Shown here piece by piece: positions 28,285 to 43,374 of a stretch of 64,000 bases of DNA. Where the stretch lies: the NCBI GenBank assembly GCA_964016885.1, contig OZ024746.1, positions 80,352,001-80,416,000 on the forward strand, written 5' to 3'. Origin of the DNA: Eledone cirrhosa (lineage: Eukaryota). The position numbers and the translations under genes are program-made. Position 1 is the stretch's first letter; each line of letters opens with the position of its first letter. The notes under the pieces were generated by a model. The model was not told where the DNA came from and ran no database searches. It saw only the letters and a program-made list of their open reading frames with translations.

Positions 28285-29875
28285 TATATAATATAAATAA
28301 TATATATATATATAGACACATCCCCCACTGCCATTATTTCTGAAACAATATAATTTTCTCTAGAACATGACCACAAGTAAGCTGTCATCTGACGCCATAT
28401 TAATATCATATCAATTACTTGTGATAATTAATGGAACAGAACGCAATTACAACGATCATTAATGGAATAATTATAACATTTTAAGTGGTTTTACTCAATT
28501 TATTCGTTGTCAATAAAATATGCAGATGATCATTATGTACATCTATTCTAATTCTGATAATAGAAACATTGTATTAAATGATTGTTGAATATCTTTGTTT
28601 CCTTTACATGACTCCTTTACGGAGCCAAAGCATTGTAAACTCCTAACCCTACTTTAAGGTTTCCATGTTTCTAGTCTTCTGTAACGACTTCGGATTTCAT
28701 ATTACGTCCTAAGTAACCCATGTAAAAGCCACTGAGGGAGTAAATTATGTTTATAAACGAACGTACTTCCCCGCTAATACGCTGCGAATTGACTGAGTCG
28801 TTAGAACGTCGGATACAATGCTTTGCGTTTTTCGTTCCGGCTTTCTGCTCACTAAGTTCAAATTCCACCAACGTCAATTTTACCTTTCATTCATTCAAGG
28901 TCGATAAACAAAAGTAGCAGTCTTGTACTGGGGTCGATTCTTCCTCTATATTTCTTTCTCACTTCCATTTTCTCATTCTATATCCTTTTTTGGAAGAAAT
29001 CTTCTGTATTCAGACCTGGAGGGGAGATGGTCTCCATCGGGTTTTAAAGTTTCCTAGAAACGCTGTATGTCAATGCGGCGCCCCTATGCCTCCCTCGGGA
29101 GTTATAGGATTAGAGAGGGAGATTATTTATATGATGCATTTTGTTGGTGCCACTCTCGAGTGTGGTCTGACTAGTCAGTTACACTTTAGCGTTTAGTCTA
29201 CCTCAATTGAAAACACTAACGCCAAACCATAACGTAATCCTTTTCTTTTAGACAACCCGTGTCCATGTATACTACAACAGTCCGCCGGCCTGCTAAAGTA
29301 ACGCCTATTGGGTTGTTGTTGTTTTTTCTCGCAATTATCTTCGTATTCAAGTGTTAGATGGAGAAGGGCAAATCCATAGAAGCCAAGGGGCGGAGCCATG
29401 AATTCTTACACCTCTCCGATATATGGCTGCTTAATTTGACTTAATGGTACCGCTTGCACTACATACACACACTTCGGCGACGCAACATTTAGCTAGAATC
29501 ATATAAAAGCAGAATAATATTAAAACTGTATGCAATTTATAGAGTGATGATCGACTAAGTCACAGGTGTGTGACGAATGATATTGATAATTACAACAAAA
29601 TAATTGTTTCGACGTTAGGCACAGGGCCAGCAATTATCAGTGCATTACTTGTACTTTATTTTATCGACCCCGTAGGATGAAAGGCAAAGACAACCTCGGC
29701 GGGATTTGAACTCAGATCGTAAAGGGACGTAACTATGCTGGAAAGCATGGCGTCCGACCCTCTACCGATACTGCCAATCCACCAACAAAATAATAAAGTC
29801 TGTTTCTTATTTTTCTATCTTAGAATCCAAGGACACACATTTAAGAAAGTGGACTTTGATCGATTACATTCGATT

Positions 29876-30362
29876 TTAGCGAACACAAAGTCGACCTACA
29901 ATTAGGAATGAGTAGCAAAGCAGTCAATAAGAGTAGGTCCTCAGAGTAATAACATTACGTTTAGATAGCTTGACAAATTGAAAATTGCGGCAGGCGAAAC
30001 CCAACCATTCAATACCAAAACAACGAAACAACTAATCAGGTTAAACAACAGACCTGGACAGATCGAACGATATTCTGCAATACGTCCGATATGTTTCTTT
30101 AGTATGGGATGCTTAAAGCGTCCGTAAGTGGTAGGCGGTTTTGAGCACTCGACGCTCTTACAGAGCAGAGTATCACATAAGAAACGGAGAATCAGTTTTG
30201 CGACGAATAAAATTTATTAGACATATTACAATCGTTTCTCTGGCGACCAGCTCGAGGCACGATCGATTCAATGATCGAACCTGACTCTGAAATCGTCAGA
30301 GAAACGATTGTAATATGTCTAATAAATTTTATTCGTCGCAAAACTGATTCTCCGTTTCTTAT

Positions 30363-30368
<6 letters not shown>
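29876..30368 (-). mobile_element. Hairpin-terminated repeat next to (TA)n
   Basis: ~75-bp inverted arms 30171-30245 and 30294-30368; the body 29876-30050 resembles 56980-57140. Confidence 0.7.
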
Positions 30369-30411
<43 letters not shown>

Positions 30412-30454
30412 TCTGGGATTTTCTGTTGAAACGGCAAGAGCTCGACTCTCTAAT

Positions 30455-30584
<130 letters not shown>

Positions 30585-32309
30585 GAGAGAGATTTCTCAT
30601 TTGCTATCGAAACAGTAGAAGCTTAACCATAGAGCAGAAAATCTTTATAATAACATCTATACTCTACTAACTAGTAACATCTAATCCATATATATATATA
30701 GAGAGAGAGAGGGGTATTTTACGATGCCACCCTCTTTCGCGTTTCTTGTCGTAGCGTAGACCCATCTGGGATCTTAGTCAGAGGTAAACCTTCCATGAAC
30801 CCCATATACGTATCTCTATGAAATAGAGTCTTAATTCTTTGAACTTTTCTCTGTAGCTCATCTCTTTCATTGAGACGATCCTCTTAGTAGAGATTCGTTG
30901 TATTGCTTCAATAACTGCAGTTAATTTGACACCATGGTGTGACTATATCTATGAGCAGTAGTCCAGGTGCTTGAGGATAAATATTCTCTTTGGGACCAGC
31001 ATAGTTTCCCGGACAATAGTCCAAGGGGGGTTTGAGGATAAATATTCTCTATAGGACCAGCATGGTCTCCCGGACTGTGTTATATATTGTAGCTGACCTT
31101 CACCTTATAAATGCTGCATTCAGTTACTCAGCTAAAACGGAATATTCTTCTACTAATGCAGTGTCTTTTGATTACAAGTTAAACCTATGTCAAACATTGT
31201 CGCGTAAAGAAACAGAAAGGTCCAAACAGTATCGTTGTGTTGTCCCGATGGAAAAGTTAACAAATCTCTGTTGTTTTAACCTTTTGACTTTCAATTGGGT
31301 ATTGGTGCGGAAATGTGACCACAAGGAGAACATTGTGGTCGATTCAATGAACCTAAAGGCAGTGAAATGGCAGAGTCTTTAGTGCGTCGGATTAAATGTC
31401 GCAGTATTTGTTCCAGCTCATTGTACTCTGAGTTCAAATCCCACCAAAATAAACTTTGCATTTGATGTTTTCGAGTTCGATAAATAAAGTAACAATCCAG
31501 TAGTGGGGTCGGTTCTTCTATGTTTATATATCTTCCTCCTTTCTCTTTGTCTCTCCTCTCTCTGGAAGAAATCGTCTATGTTCAGAACTAGAGAGTGGTG
31601 GACTCCACCAAGTTTTAAATGCCCAAGGCATGCCGTGTGTCATGACAACGCCGTTACGACTCCACCAACAGCTACGGACCCTTTCATTTCCATTCTTTCA
31701 AAGAACCAGCCTACAATATGATTGCGATGACCATAGAAAGATAATATCTAGAGGATAATTGAAACACACAGATCCTCTGATACTTTTCAGTATCTGTGTA
31801 TTTGTATCCGTAGAGAAGATTGATATCACTTTGAAATGTTTTATAGTCATGGAACAAAAACTGTCATTCGTGGATTTATATGCATACTACTTCGTGCTTT
31901 GTGGTAACTACTCGCAAAGACGTCAAGATTTATTCCACTCTTATGCTATTGATATGTTCGCCAAGATGAAGATATAAAGCTTAAAGCCATATTCTCACAG
32001 TCAACAACCAGCCAAAGAAAGTTTGTTGTATTTCTAGCCCATTCACATTTAGTCAAAATCACCGTGAAACTGTGTTAAAAAAATTTGAGCACCAAGTTCA
32101 ACGCACAATCCCAGCATAAAAGTTAGCTACAATGATGCTATGTTCTTTCAAGAGATCATCCCTAAGAGTAAAATAGCTCCTATAGTTTGATCTTCGTAAT
32201 TTTAAGCAAAATCAGAGAGATAGATAGACAGATAGATAGATAAATAGACAGATAGATAGATAGATAGATAAATAGACAGATAGATAGATAGATAGGTAGG
32301 TAGGTAGAT

Positions 32310-33262
32310 AGATAAATTTCTTTATTAGCCACAAGGGCACAAAAGAAGGGGACAAATACAAATGGGGAGTTTACATACAGGTATATGAAAATAAAACTAT
32401 TAATAAAATAACAAATAACAATTGAAATCCCCAATAGCGGGGAGGCGTTACACAGGGGTTGTACACACCCCGAAAAAATGTACAACCCTCATCTCCAGGA
32501 GCACCAAGAGTGAGTACTCCCTTCCTCTCTTCCTCTTTTTCCTCAACCTACAGGCTTATATAGAGAGAAGGCCCAACCACTCGGGCCATCTTTGCCACAT
32601 TCACCCACCTTTTATAAAATTTGCTGGGGTACAGCACCTCTCTCTCCATCCTGATTCTTCTTCCAAAATGATATTTGAAAAAACGAATCAGTTGCTCGCC
32701 GGAGAGAAAGGTGTCTGACCTCAGCCCTTTTAACCTCGTCCACCATGTAACCTAACCATAGCCATAACACATAGGAAAACCGCCTCTCACTCGTTTTTGA
32801 AGGAGGGTGGCGGTTTGATCATGACAATGAACTTGGTGGTCAACTGGATTGGCCCCACTCGCGACAATAGTCGTTCTACATAGCCCACAGGTCGGTAACG
32901 CCCGGGCAGTGTACAAATGCGTGCGCGACGGTTTCCTCGTCGCACACGCATCTCGGACAGATCTTTTTCGAAGGGTCCCTGCCCGGGCGCCCGTGTCTGT
33001 AGAGCTTGTCTCGAACTGGTAGAGCTCCTCGGTAGCACTGCCAGGCCAGGGACTTTTGGAAGTTGTCCATTGGTCCTGGGCGGAAGGTCCTACCGAACAG
33101 ACTGGGCAGTTCGTCCTCCTCTACGCCTAGTGTTTCTCCGAGCGCGTCATCGCACTTGCTGCGGACCAACCCTCTATAGAATGTCGAAGTGGAGTCTCCA
33201 CAGATCGCCGGGTCTGTTTGCCAGAGGACTGTGAGCGCCTGAGCACATTCGATATGCCAGTC
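32310..33262 (-). mobile_element. 5'-truncated Tx1/L1-clade LINE in (GATA)n
   Basis: zf-RVT-like AWQCYRGALPVRDKL...CPRCVCDEETVAHAFVHCP; 3' UTR ending GGCTAATAAAGAAAT followed by (TATC)n. A second 3' tip is at ~58045-58090. Confidence 0.85.
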
Positions 33263-35813
33263 TAGATAGACAGATAGAGAAAGTAGGGGAGATATGTATA
33301 CGTGTTTGGGTGGGTGAGTGTGTGTACGTCTATGTACGCGTGTGTTAGACCTCCAGTTGACTGTTGGTTCCAACAATGAGAGTTCCAGTTGATTAGATCA
33401 GCAGAACTTGTCAAATTAACGTGCAAGTGGCTGAGCATTCTTCAGGCCCGTACACACTTAATGTAGTTCTTAGGAAGATTCAGCGTGACAGTGTTTGACA
33501 AAGCTGGCCCTTTCAATAACAAGTACAACTCTAAATAGAGTTTTGCTCAAAAACATACCACGCTGCCGTGAATCGAACTCATAACTTTATGATCGAACCA
33601 CCTATTCACTAAGCCACGTGTCTTTACATATACACAATCATACATTCACATATATGCACACACATTCGTACATACGCACATTCATACACACACATACGTA
33701 CACACACATACATAATGCATACATGCATATATACACATATATACATACTTAGATACATGCATACTTGTGTACATAGTAACATTCACATGTATACACATAC
33801 ATACCTACATATACACATATATACATTCACACACAATCATTCATACATACATGCATTCACGCGTGCATACGTACGTGCATACATACAAACAAACATACGT
33901 ACATACATATATATACATATACACATAGAAACATACATACATAACAAACAAACATACGTACATACAAACAAACATACATACATACATACATACATACATA
34001 CATACATACATACATACATACATACATACATACATACATACATACATACACACAAATGAAGGACCGGTTCTCACGTTTCCATGTTGTGTTTATCGTGAGG
34101 AGCACTTCCTGTATAAGTTTGCCAATGGCAAATAGAGAATGACGTCATGTGTAAGGTTTGGTTGGGGGGGGGGGGTGATTGTTTCATCAATTGTTTAAGA
34201 ATATATATTTTTTTTTTCATTAAAACAAACTTGAAATTTCACATTATCATTCTAGATATAAATATATTAATTATATATAAGGAACGATCATGACTGTGTG
34301 GTTAAGGAGTTCACTTTGCTATCACAGGGTTCGGGATTCAGTCACACAATACGGCATCTTGAGCAAGTGTCTTTTACTATAAACTCTTATGTGCCTAACA
34401 CCCGTGACATGCTTACAAGATCAGAAAACAGTACAGCTCCCATGACTATCGGAAACATTTTTTCACGCTCAGAGTTGCTAAAACATGGAACAAACTACCT
34501 GCATCAGTTGTTAACTGTCGAGACAGTGCATCCTTCAAAACTTCCATGCTTCCCGAATTTAGCCAACACTACACCTGATCCCCTCCCCTCATACACACAC
34601 ACTCATGTCTATGTATGTCTGTGTGCGTATTATGACTCATATACTGTTCACTTTCCTAACTTTTGTTCGCGGTGAATTTCCAGTATCGGTAGAGGGTCGG
34701 ACGCCATGCTTTGACGCATGGAGTTACGGCACTTGCCATTCTGAGTTCAAATCTCGCCGAGGTTAACTTTGCCTTTCATCCTTACGGGGTCGATAAAATA
34801 AAGTACCAGTAATGTACTGGGTAATTGCTGGCCTTGTGCCAATAGTAGAAACAATTATTTTATGTACTATACATGCACCTTTGATGAGTTGTAGTGCACC
34901 TGAGCATTGTACACAAAAATTTCATTATCATGTGAGTGGAATTTAGTTGACGGAAACTCAGAAGCCCGTCGTATATATGTAACTTTGATGTTAAAATGAA
35001 AATCGATAATTGTAATAATTATTTCTAAGCAATTATATCTAACCAGTACTTAACTGGTATTTTATGTTATCGACCTGGGAGGATAAAAGGCAAAGTTAAC
35101 CTCTACCGATATGATAATGGTTTCTGATTTAAACATAAGGCCGACAATTTTGGAGAAGGGGAAAGTCAATTAAATTGACCCCACTGCATTTTATACTTTT
35201 GGTACTTTATTTTATCGATCCCGTAAGGATAAAAGGCAAAGTTAACCTCAGCGGGATTTGAGCTCAGAAAGTAGAAAGCCTCAACTAAATACCGCAGACC
35301 ATTTTGTTCGTCGCTCTGCTGATATCACAATAAAAATAACTTAGGGAAAAGACCATCAATTTGAAGGTAGGATAAAGTCGTACTTCGATTTATTGACCCC
35401 GGAAGGATTAAAGGCAAAGTTAACTTCATCAGGATTTGAACTTACAACTTAAAGAGTCGACACAAATACTGCTCAATATTTGTCCGACATTCTAACGTTT
35501 CTGCGGATCCACCGCCCTAAAAATACACTAATAATACTAACGACGAAAAATAAAATTCGCAAACAAATATTTGTTTCACAAAGAAGATAAAAATCAATTT
35601 CGTTTGTATACATTAGCAAACATATGTTCTAACTTTGATCTTTCGTATACAATTACGTAAAACCATTATGATTGCTATGTATATATCGATTAAAATTTTT
35701 AAATTACCTTGAAAACTAACAGACGGACAATTTAAATGGAATGTTTATATACATATATGAGTGTTTTTCTCTCTCTCTCTTTCTCTCTTTCTCTCTTTCT
35801 CTCTTTCTCTCTT

Positions 35814-35845
<32 letters not shown>

Positions 35846-35871
35846 CCTCCCTCTCTCATTTTCTCTCTCTC

Positions 35872-35909
<38 letters not shown>

Positions 35910-35957
35910 CTATATGTTCACAGAAATTACTTACTACACTAACATATACATTTATAC

Positions 35958-36063
<106 letters not shown>

Positions 36064-36569
36064 ATGTGTGTGTGTGTGTGTGTGTGTGCATCTGTATAAA
36101 TGTATATGTTAGTGTAGTAAGTAATTTCTGTGAACATATAGATGTTTTTATGTTTACTTAACAATTGTATCGAAAAAGATCGATTAAGTGCTCTCCCTTT
36201 GTGACTAAGGGCGCCAGCTGAAACACAACCGCTTATAATTCTGACATACTAACCAGACTGGCTTCTTTACTAGAAAAATATTTACTTATCTCTTCTGCCT
36301 CGTTATCTATATCCCACAGCCTGTCACATAATTGACTGGTCATTCGGTGTATTCAATAACTATATCAACAGCCACCACTATATTTGTCGTCCTAATTATT
36401 TATCGATTATCTCACCTACCGAACATCTTATCACCCTCTTAAAAATAGAGCTACATGCAAACATAGGTAAAGAAGAAACACCCACGCCTGCACACATATA
36501 TATATATACATTTATGTGCATATGTTTAGAAAATGTAAATACATATCTGCCAGTGTAAATATATCTATG

Positions 36570-36622
<53 letters not shown>

Positions 36623-36691
36623 TTTTACGAAGGTTTACTGCATATATTATAAAGAGTCAGCCCGATGGCTGATCTCTTGCCGTTTTAACAG

Positions 36692-36804
<113 letters not shown>

Positions 36805-37915
36805 TAGATATTATATATATATATATACAGGGAACACTCGTAAAACTGTGCTAATAAGTGCAGAAGGAGCCGCTTCCGCCGATTGTCCGCGTTAAGCAAT
36901 GGAGAGTTTAATATTATGTATGTATACGATACTGCGAAATATGATGAACAGTAACAAAATTACATAAAATTACTTCGACATCATATCAGAAACATATGAA
37001 ACAGAATTACATATATATTTTATAAAATTATTTGACACTGCATTATGTAAACATAAAATGTTAATACTATAAATTGTTAATTTAATTTTCTTGCGGTAAA
37101 TGACATATGGTTTTTATGTGGTGGAGATGAAGGTTGGGGGTAAAGATGATAACTTGTCATCGTGAGAATGTAAGAACTATGATATTCCACTGATTCTTGT
37201 CTCCCACTTGTAGAAAAGCCTTGTGGGAATGACAGAGGAGGGTCTGAGTCAAGAACAGAAATGTTATGAATATTACCGTGCTTTAAAGCTGCAGCAAGTT
37301 TAAGACGAAATAGCTTAAAGAGCAAGTCGCTATTTCACATATATTTCTTATTGATGTTGTTTCCAGATAATTGTTTCTACTTTAGGCACAAGGCCAGCAA
37401 TAACCCAGTGCATTACTGGTACTTTATTTTATCGACCCCGTAAGGATGAAAGGCAAAGTCAACCTCGGCGGGATTTGAACTCAGATCGTAAAGGGACGTA
37501 ACTATGCTGGAAAGCATGGCGTCCGACTCTCCACCGATACTGCCAATCCACCGTTGTTGTTTCCAGATAATGTACTCTTAAGGCGCTAAGACGTTGATAA
37601 TATTACTGAACATTGGTTTCTGTTGAACAGTCAATGTACAAAATGACGTTATCTACAGACTCTCGTATTACACTGCGTTTCCATTTCTTATGCAACTGTT
37701 CCTCTTCATTATCCTCAATATGTCTATTGTCACCGAGAACTTCGAACCATTATTCTGTAGTTTAACACTTTGTATACCTTAATGTATATGTAGAGACTCG
37801 TATCCCCTTGTGGAGTTGTAAGGGCGCAATTGTGACATAAGTGTACCTTGGGTATTTTAAAATAGGCAGAGCCCATCCCTCTCCAGTTCTGAACAGAGCG
37901 GACGTTTTATAGAGA

Positions 37916-38009
<94 letters not shown>

Positions 38010-38199
38010 GAGAGAATGAGAGAGAAATTATTTTCCATACCTCTATACTCACTGTACATATCTCCCATGTATCGAGTACTCACACGATTAGTAGTGTCCT
38101 CGGTCTCAGCACAGCAAACTTTATATATATATATAGAGAGAGAGAGAGAGGGAGAGAGTGATAGAGAGAGAGAAAGAGAAGAGGAGAGAGCGAGAGAGG

Positions 38200-38251
<52 letters not shown>

Positions 38252-39132
38252 AAGAGATACACCCCCCAGTACTGAACTGGTACTTTTTATCGACCTCAAA
38301 AGGATTAAAGGCAAAGTTGACTTAGACTTTAGACTGGATTTGAACTCAGCGCACAGAGAACTGAAACGAATGTCGCAAAACATTCTCTCCGACGTTCTAA
38401 TGACTCTACCAATTTTCACCCATCCCTATTTTACAATTGAGAAATAAGGAGCCCTTCAAATTAGGCCATTTTAGTTCTCATGAATGCCCCAATTTCTACA
38501 ATTGTGGAAATATTTGGCTGCAAGAAATAGCAGCCAAATCTCTCTCAAATCATACCCAACTCTCTTCAGAATAATAAGAAAAACAACAGGATATATGAAG
38601 GACATATTGTAGAACGTAATCTGAGATGATTAATGTCAATATTTGAAATAGGATGGTCATGTCTAAGGGTAAACAACAACACAATACACTGAAGCCGTAA
38701 CACATGCGTTTTTAGAATATATATTGTGCAGCTGTGCACTAAATATGACATATGAGCATATTCTTTGTTACCTTTGTGCCTTCTTTCTTTCTCTCTTTCT
38801 TTCTTTCTTTCTTTTTTCGTTTAAATGTTTTTATTCGTGTTTCCTTTTCTATGATTTTGTTTGCCTTATTTTTTTTTAAATTACTGTCTTAAATGTTTTG
38901 CCTTCTTTATTTATTTAGTCCATTCATTCTTTCTTTCTTCCTCCTTTTCTTTATTTATTTCTTTCTATACATACACACGTATATATGTATATACAAATTT
39001 ATATGTATATGTACGCGTGTGCATGTGTGTGCATGTATGTGTGTGTACATATATATATATATATACACATACATGCATACCTACATACTTACATACCTAC
39101 ATACATACAAATATACAAACATACATACATAT

Positions 39133-40413
39133 ATTCCTAAACAATACCGGAATCTTCCACATCAACAGTGACATAGACCGCCTCTACTTGAAACGTAAGC
39201 AAGGAGGCAGGGGGCTAACATCAGTCCAGACGGCATTTGAATGTCGCATCATATCCCTCCGACATTTATGAACCTCCAAACGTAAGAGCCATCTACTGTC
39301 TGCATAAGACAGATAAGATCATGAGAGTTGGAACGGAACTCCTTGAAAGATACTCCCTGCATGATAATAAAAAGCTCATACCCAGGGGAATTACCCAGCA
39401 ATACTGCAGCGAATCCATGGATGAAAAACTGCATGCTTATCAGCAAAAAGTCATACATGGATATGTTGCCAGGAAGCTCCAGAGTGAGAGTAATATAGAT
39501 AAGCAAAGTAGTCTATCTTGGACCAACAACCGCTATATTGGCTCTCACTTTGAAGGATATGTGTTTGCAATCCAAGAACAGGAAATCAACACAAAATAGC
39601 TGATTCACAAAAGAGATAGGGATGCAGGCAAAACACATAGATGTGACAAGTGCAGACTCTGCAGAATTAACATCGAAAATGTCACCCATGTCATAAGCAG
39701 CTGTCCAAAGATGCCATCACGGTACTATCTACTTATGACACATGATGTAGTAGCCAAAACACTGTACAGTGCAATCCGTAGAAAAGATAGTCCGACAATA
39801 AACATTAAAAGTTACAGAAATGTGGAAGACATATACATACATAATATGAAAGAGTACTGGTGGAATGTTCCAGTAAAAACCCCAATAAAATGCAAGCATA
39901 ACAGACCAGATATAATGATATGGGACAGGGAAAAGAAGGCATGCAGAGTAGTGGAAATTAGCTACCCAGCAGATGCCAATATAATATTAAAGATCAGCGA
40001 AAAGGGGAATATCTATGCAGAACTAATGAGAAATCTGCAAATACTACAGCCTGACTATACCTTCAGATTTATACCTGTGATCATTGGGACACTGGGATAT
40101 GTTAGTAACTGCCTCAGAAAGAACACGACTAGTTAAGAAATTACAAGTACAATCCATTAATGGAACAGTAAAAATATGTAAAACATTCCAAAATTCTGCA
40201 TCTAATAACTGCATATACACATGTGCAGATAGAAAGCATATGCACATGCACACATACAACTCAAAACATACACATCCACACATACATTAACATCCATACC
40301 TACACACACACATGCATGTGTTTAAATTCCAATGAGGGAGTCTTGTGTTTGTTAGAAACCGACTCTCTCTCTCTCTATTGGTAAAAATTTATAAAATTAT
40401 AAAACCAGAAGAA
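39133..40413 (+). mobile_element. 5'-truncated R4/Dong-clade (restriction-like endonuclease) LINE in (TACA)n
   Basis: HINSDIDRLYLKRKQGGRGL; CRLC..ENVTHVISSCP zinc knuckle; HDVVAK; HNRPDIMIWD, VVEISYP; stops and frameshifts present. Confidence 0.9.
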
Positions 40414-40500
40414 CATACATACAAACAAACAAAAATACATACATACAAGCATACATACATACATACATACATACATACATACATACATACATACATACAT

Positions 40501-41336
40501 ACAAAAAAAGTTGTGCATGGATACTTGAGACGTAAAACACAGACCATAGAGGGGATAAACCACTCAAAAAGCCTGGCATGGAGTTCCGACAAGTTTTGAG
40601 GGATATCTCTATGCAATTCAGGAACAAGAACTCCCTACCAAATATCTGCTGCACAAAAGAGGAGGGCCATCAACTGACAATAAATGCAGGCTATGTAAAA
40701 CAAAGATCGAAGATGTAAGCCACATTGTTGCCAGCTGCGAAAGAATGTCATCTCGCTACTACCTCCCCATGAGACACGATGGGATAGCTAGAACCATCTG
40801 GAACGCACTTCGGAAAACAAAATTAAAAACAAACGACGAAGAATATATTGAGACAGATGGCACTAAGGAATACTGGTGGAACCTGAAAATAAAAACTGCC
40901 ACCAAATTAAAGCACAACCGGCCTGAAATTGTTGTTTGGGACCACAGATTGAAAACGTGTTCTGTTGTGGAGATCAGCTGCCCACTTGATGTAAACGTTG
41001 TCAGAAAAATACAGGAGAAGGAGGACATCTACGGACCATTGATGAGGAGTTTACAAATCCAGTATCCAAGATACACCTTTAGCTTCATATTCATCATTAT
41101 TGGAGCTACGGGTTATATACCAACCCGCTTGGACCAAAGTATGACCGAACTTGGATTTGCGGACAAAAAGCGCAGCTCCCTAATTCATAGTCTAAAAATG
41201 GCTGCGATAGCTGGCACCTTCAAAATTTGCAAAACATTCTTGCGATTCAAGGGATAACAATTTCTTTTCTTTTACAACCTTGCCACCAGGAAGGTGGCCG
41301 GTCAAAAATATACTCGAAATTAAGAGAAAGAGAGAA
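40501..41336 (+). mobile_element. Second, distinct R4/Dong-clade LINE fragment in (TACA)n
   Basis: CRLCKTKIEDVSHIVASC, RYYLPMRHDGIAR, KHNRPEIVVWD, VVEISCP, KICKTFL; ends AGAGAA then CATACAT. Confidence 0.9.
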
Positions 41337-42086
41337 CATACATGCCTACATACACACATACATATTTCGCTAACACGAATTTGCTTTGTTAATATACATT
41401 GTTTACAATTGAATCGCATACATATTTAATTCGGTATATTTTATTCAATCATTTTAGCATTCACCGGATTTCAACGCAAGAACTTTATATGGATTTTTAC
41501 TTAGCGCCTTTACTCGTGTGTGCATGTTTAATGTTATAATATGTTTTGCTAAACATATTCAGAGAAGGGAGGGAAGCTGAGTGGGTGAGTAAGAGGTTGC
41601 GAGAGAGAGAGAGAGAGAGAGAGAGGTGTAGAAAGATAGATAGAAGGAAGGAGAGAAAGATGTCTTCGTTTTAGCAGTAACCAACAAGAAGTGCAGCGTT
41701 TTTCGCGATTTTTAATAAAAGAAATTATTAACTTCAATTAGTGTATGTAGATTAAACTGGTCATCTGTTGGTACCTCTTATTTTTCTCTTTGGATTTTGT
41801 CAGGTAAATAGAATAAGAATACTAAAAGATGCCCCTCAAAGAGGATTATAACTTGATAACTTCATCTTCTTATCGTGTCCACATTTGGTATAGTATTGAT
41901 AAGATCGACAAAATACTGCTAATCCTATCACCACCACAAGCAACAGTTATAAGCTACAAAACAGTCAAAAGCGACGCTGAAGGCCACAAGCTAATTGATA
42001 ACTAAAACTATATGTGGAAAACGAATTTCCGGGAAGAATTAATTAATACGTTTTGATTTCAATAAAATTGAATGCATGCTTTATTC

Positions 42087-42565
42087 CAGTGGTTTCCAAT
42101 TTTTTTTTTTTTTTCTTGGCCGCATTTTCGGAATGAAAATTTGCTCGCGCCTCACCAAATTTTAGATCATAAAAAGTAGATTTAAAAATAAATTTAAAAA
42201 AACGACTAGTAGTGCATTAAATATAATATATAACATCAATATCTTATAAACACAAATTTAATGAAAGGTACGAGCTTGTTTTTGACGAGTAATCTCTTTT
42301 GTATTCTTAATATTTGATATAATGCAAAAATATCACAATGAAAAAATCGGTCAATAATTATTGTTGACTATTTATACTGGGAGTCATACATGTAATTACA
42401 AGTAATCCATAATAATATTTTAAATTTTGAAATCATATTTATTTTTGGCACATGAATTTTTTGAAACTGTTTCTAAATCTTTGATTGTCTTTCAATCATT
42501 CCACCTCACCTGTAATCCTCTTTCGCTGCACCTATGAGGCACGCCGCATCGTTTGGGAACCACTG
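42087..42565. mobile_element. hAT (Charlie-like) MITE
   Basis: TIRs CAGTGGTTTCCAA / TTGGGAACCACTG and perfect 8-bp TSD CTTTATTC (42079-42086 and 42566-42573). Confidence 0.9.
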
Positions 42566-43011
42566 CTTTATTCAGTAACTTAAATAACAGGCAGGGATGG
42601 TTCCCATAAAAGCACAATTTTTTACATAACTATATTGTTATTATATCGTTACTTGAAGTTGTGATTTCGATTCCTAGACCGGGCGATGTGTTATGTACTT
42701 GAGCAAGACACTTTATTTCACATTGCTCCTTCTGCCTGAATTTGTGACAGACAGATAGTATTAGCAATTTGAAATAGCAATGGAAACTTTGTTTCCTCGG
42801 TCTGATTTGACGAGCTCCACCCCACTTGTTAAGCGAATGAAGTCTGGGATCCTGTCGATCGACTGTCGATATATATACATTTTTTGTCCAGATTCCCTGT
42901 CTAATGAGTCGAAAAGGCTGGATACGTATACAAAAATATCCAGTACACAGATGAATTCTCCCAGTATCAGGTTTTCTGTGTCCCTCGTATGTCTCGCGTG
43001 TAATATTTCGT

Positions 43012-43055
<44 letters not shown>

Positions 43056-43100
43056 ATAGTTGAAAATGAACGACCAAAACACAGGAGGTATATATATATA

Positions 43101-43290
43101 TAGGAAAAGAGTCGTGACCCCGGCGGCTGAGCTCCGGCCGTTTCGACAGCTAGGACCTAGCTGTCGAAACGGCCGGGGCTCAGCTGTCGAGGTCCTAACA
43201 TCTTTTTCTATTACCCACTCTACTACCCTAAGTATCGAGTACTCTGGTGTGTTATGGTCCACCTGGTTCCTTACCACACTTCCTTCGTTA
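43101..43290 (+). mobile_element. Asymmetric hairpin element (family X), copy 3, more diverged
   Basis: TAGGAA...GCCGTTTCGACAGCTAGG a CCTAGCTGTCGAAACGGC... followed by the same tail ending CCTTCGTTA. Confidence 0.82.
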
Positions 43291-43298
43291 TATATATA

Positions 43299-43374
<76 letters not shown>

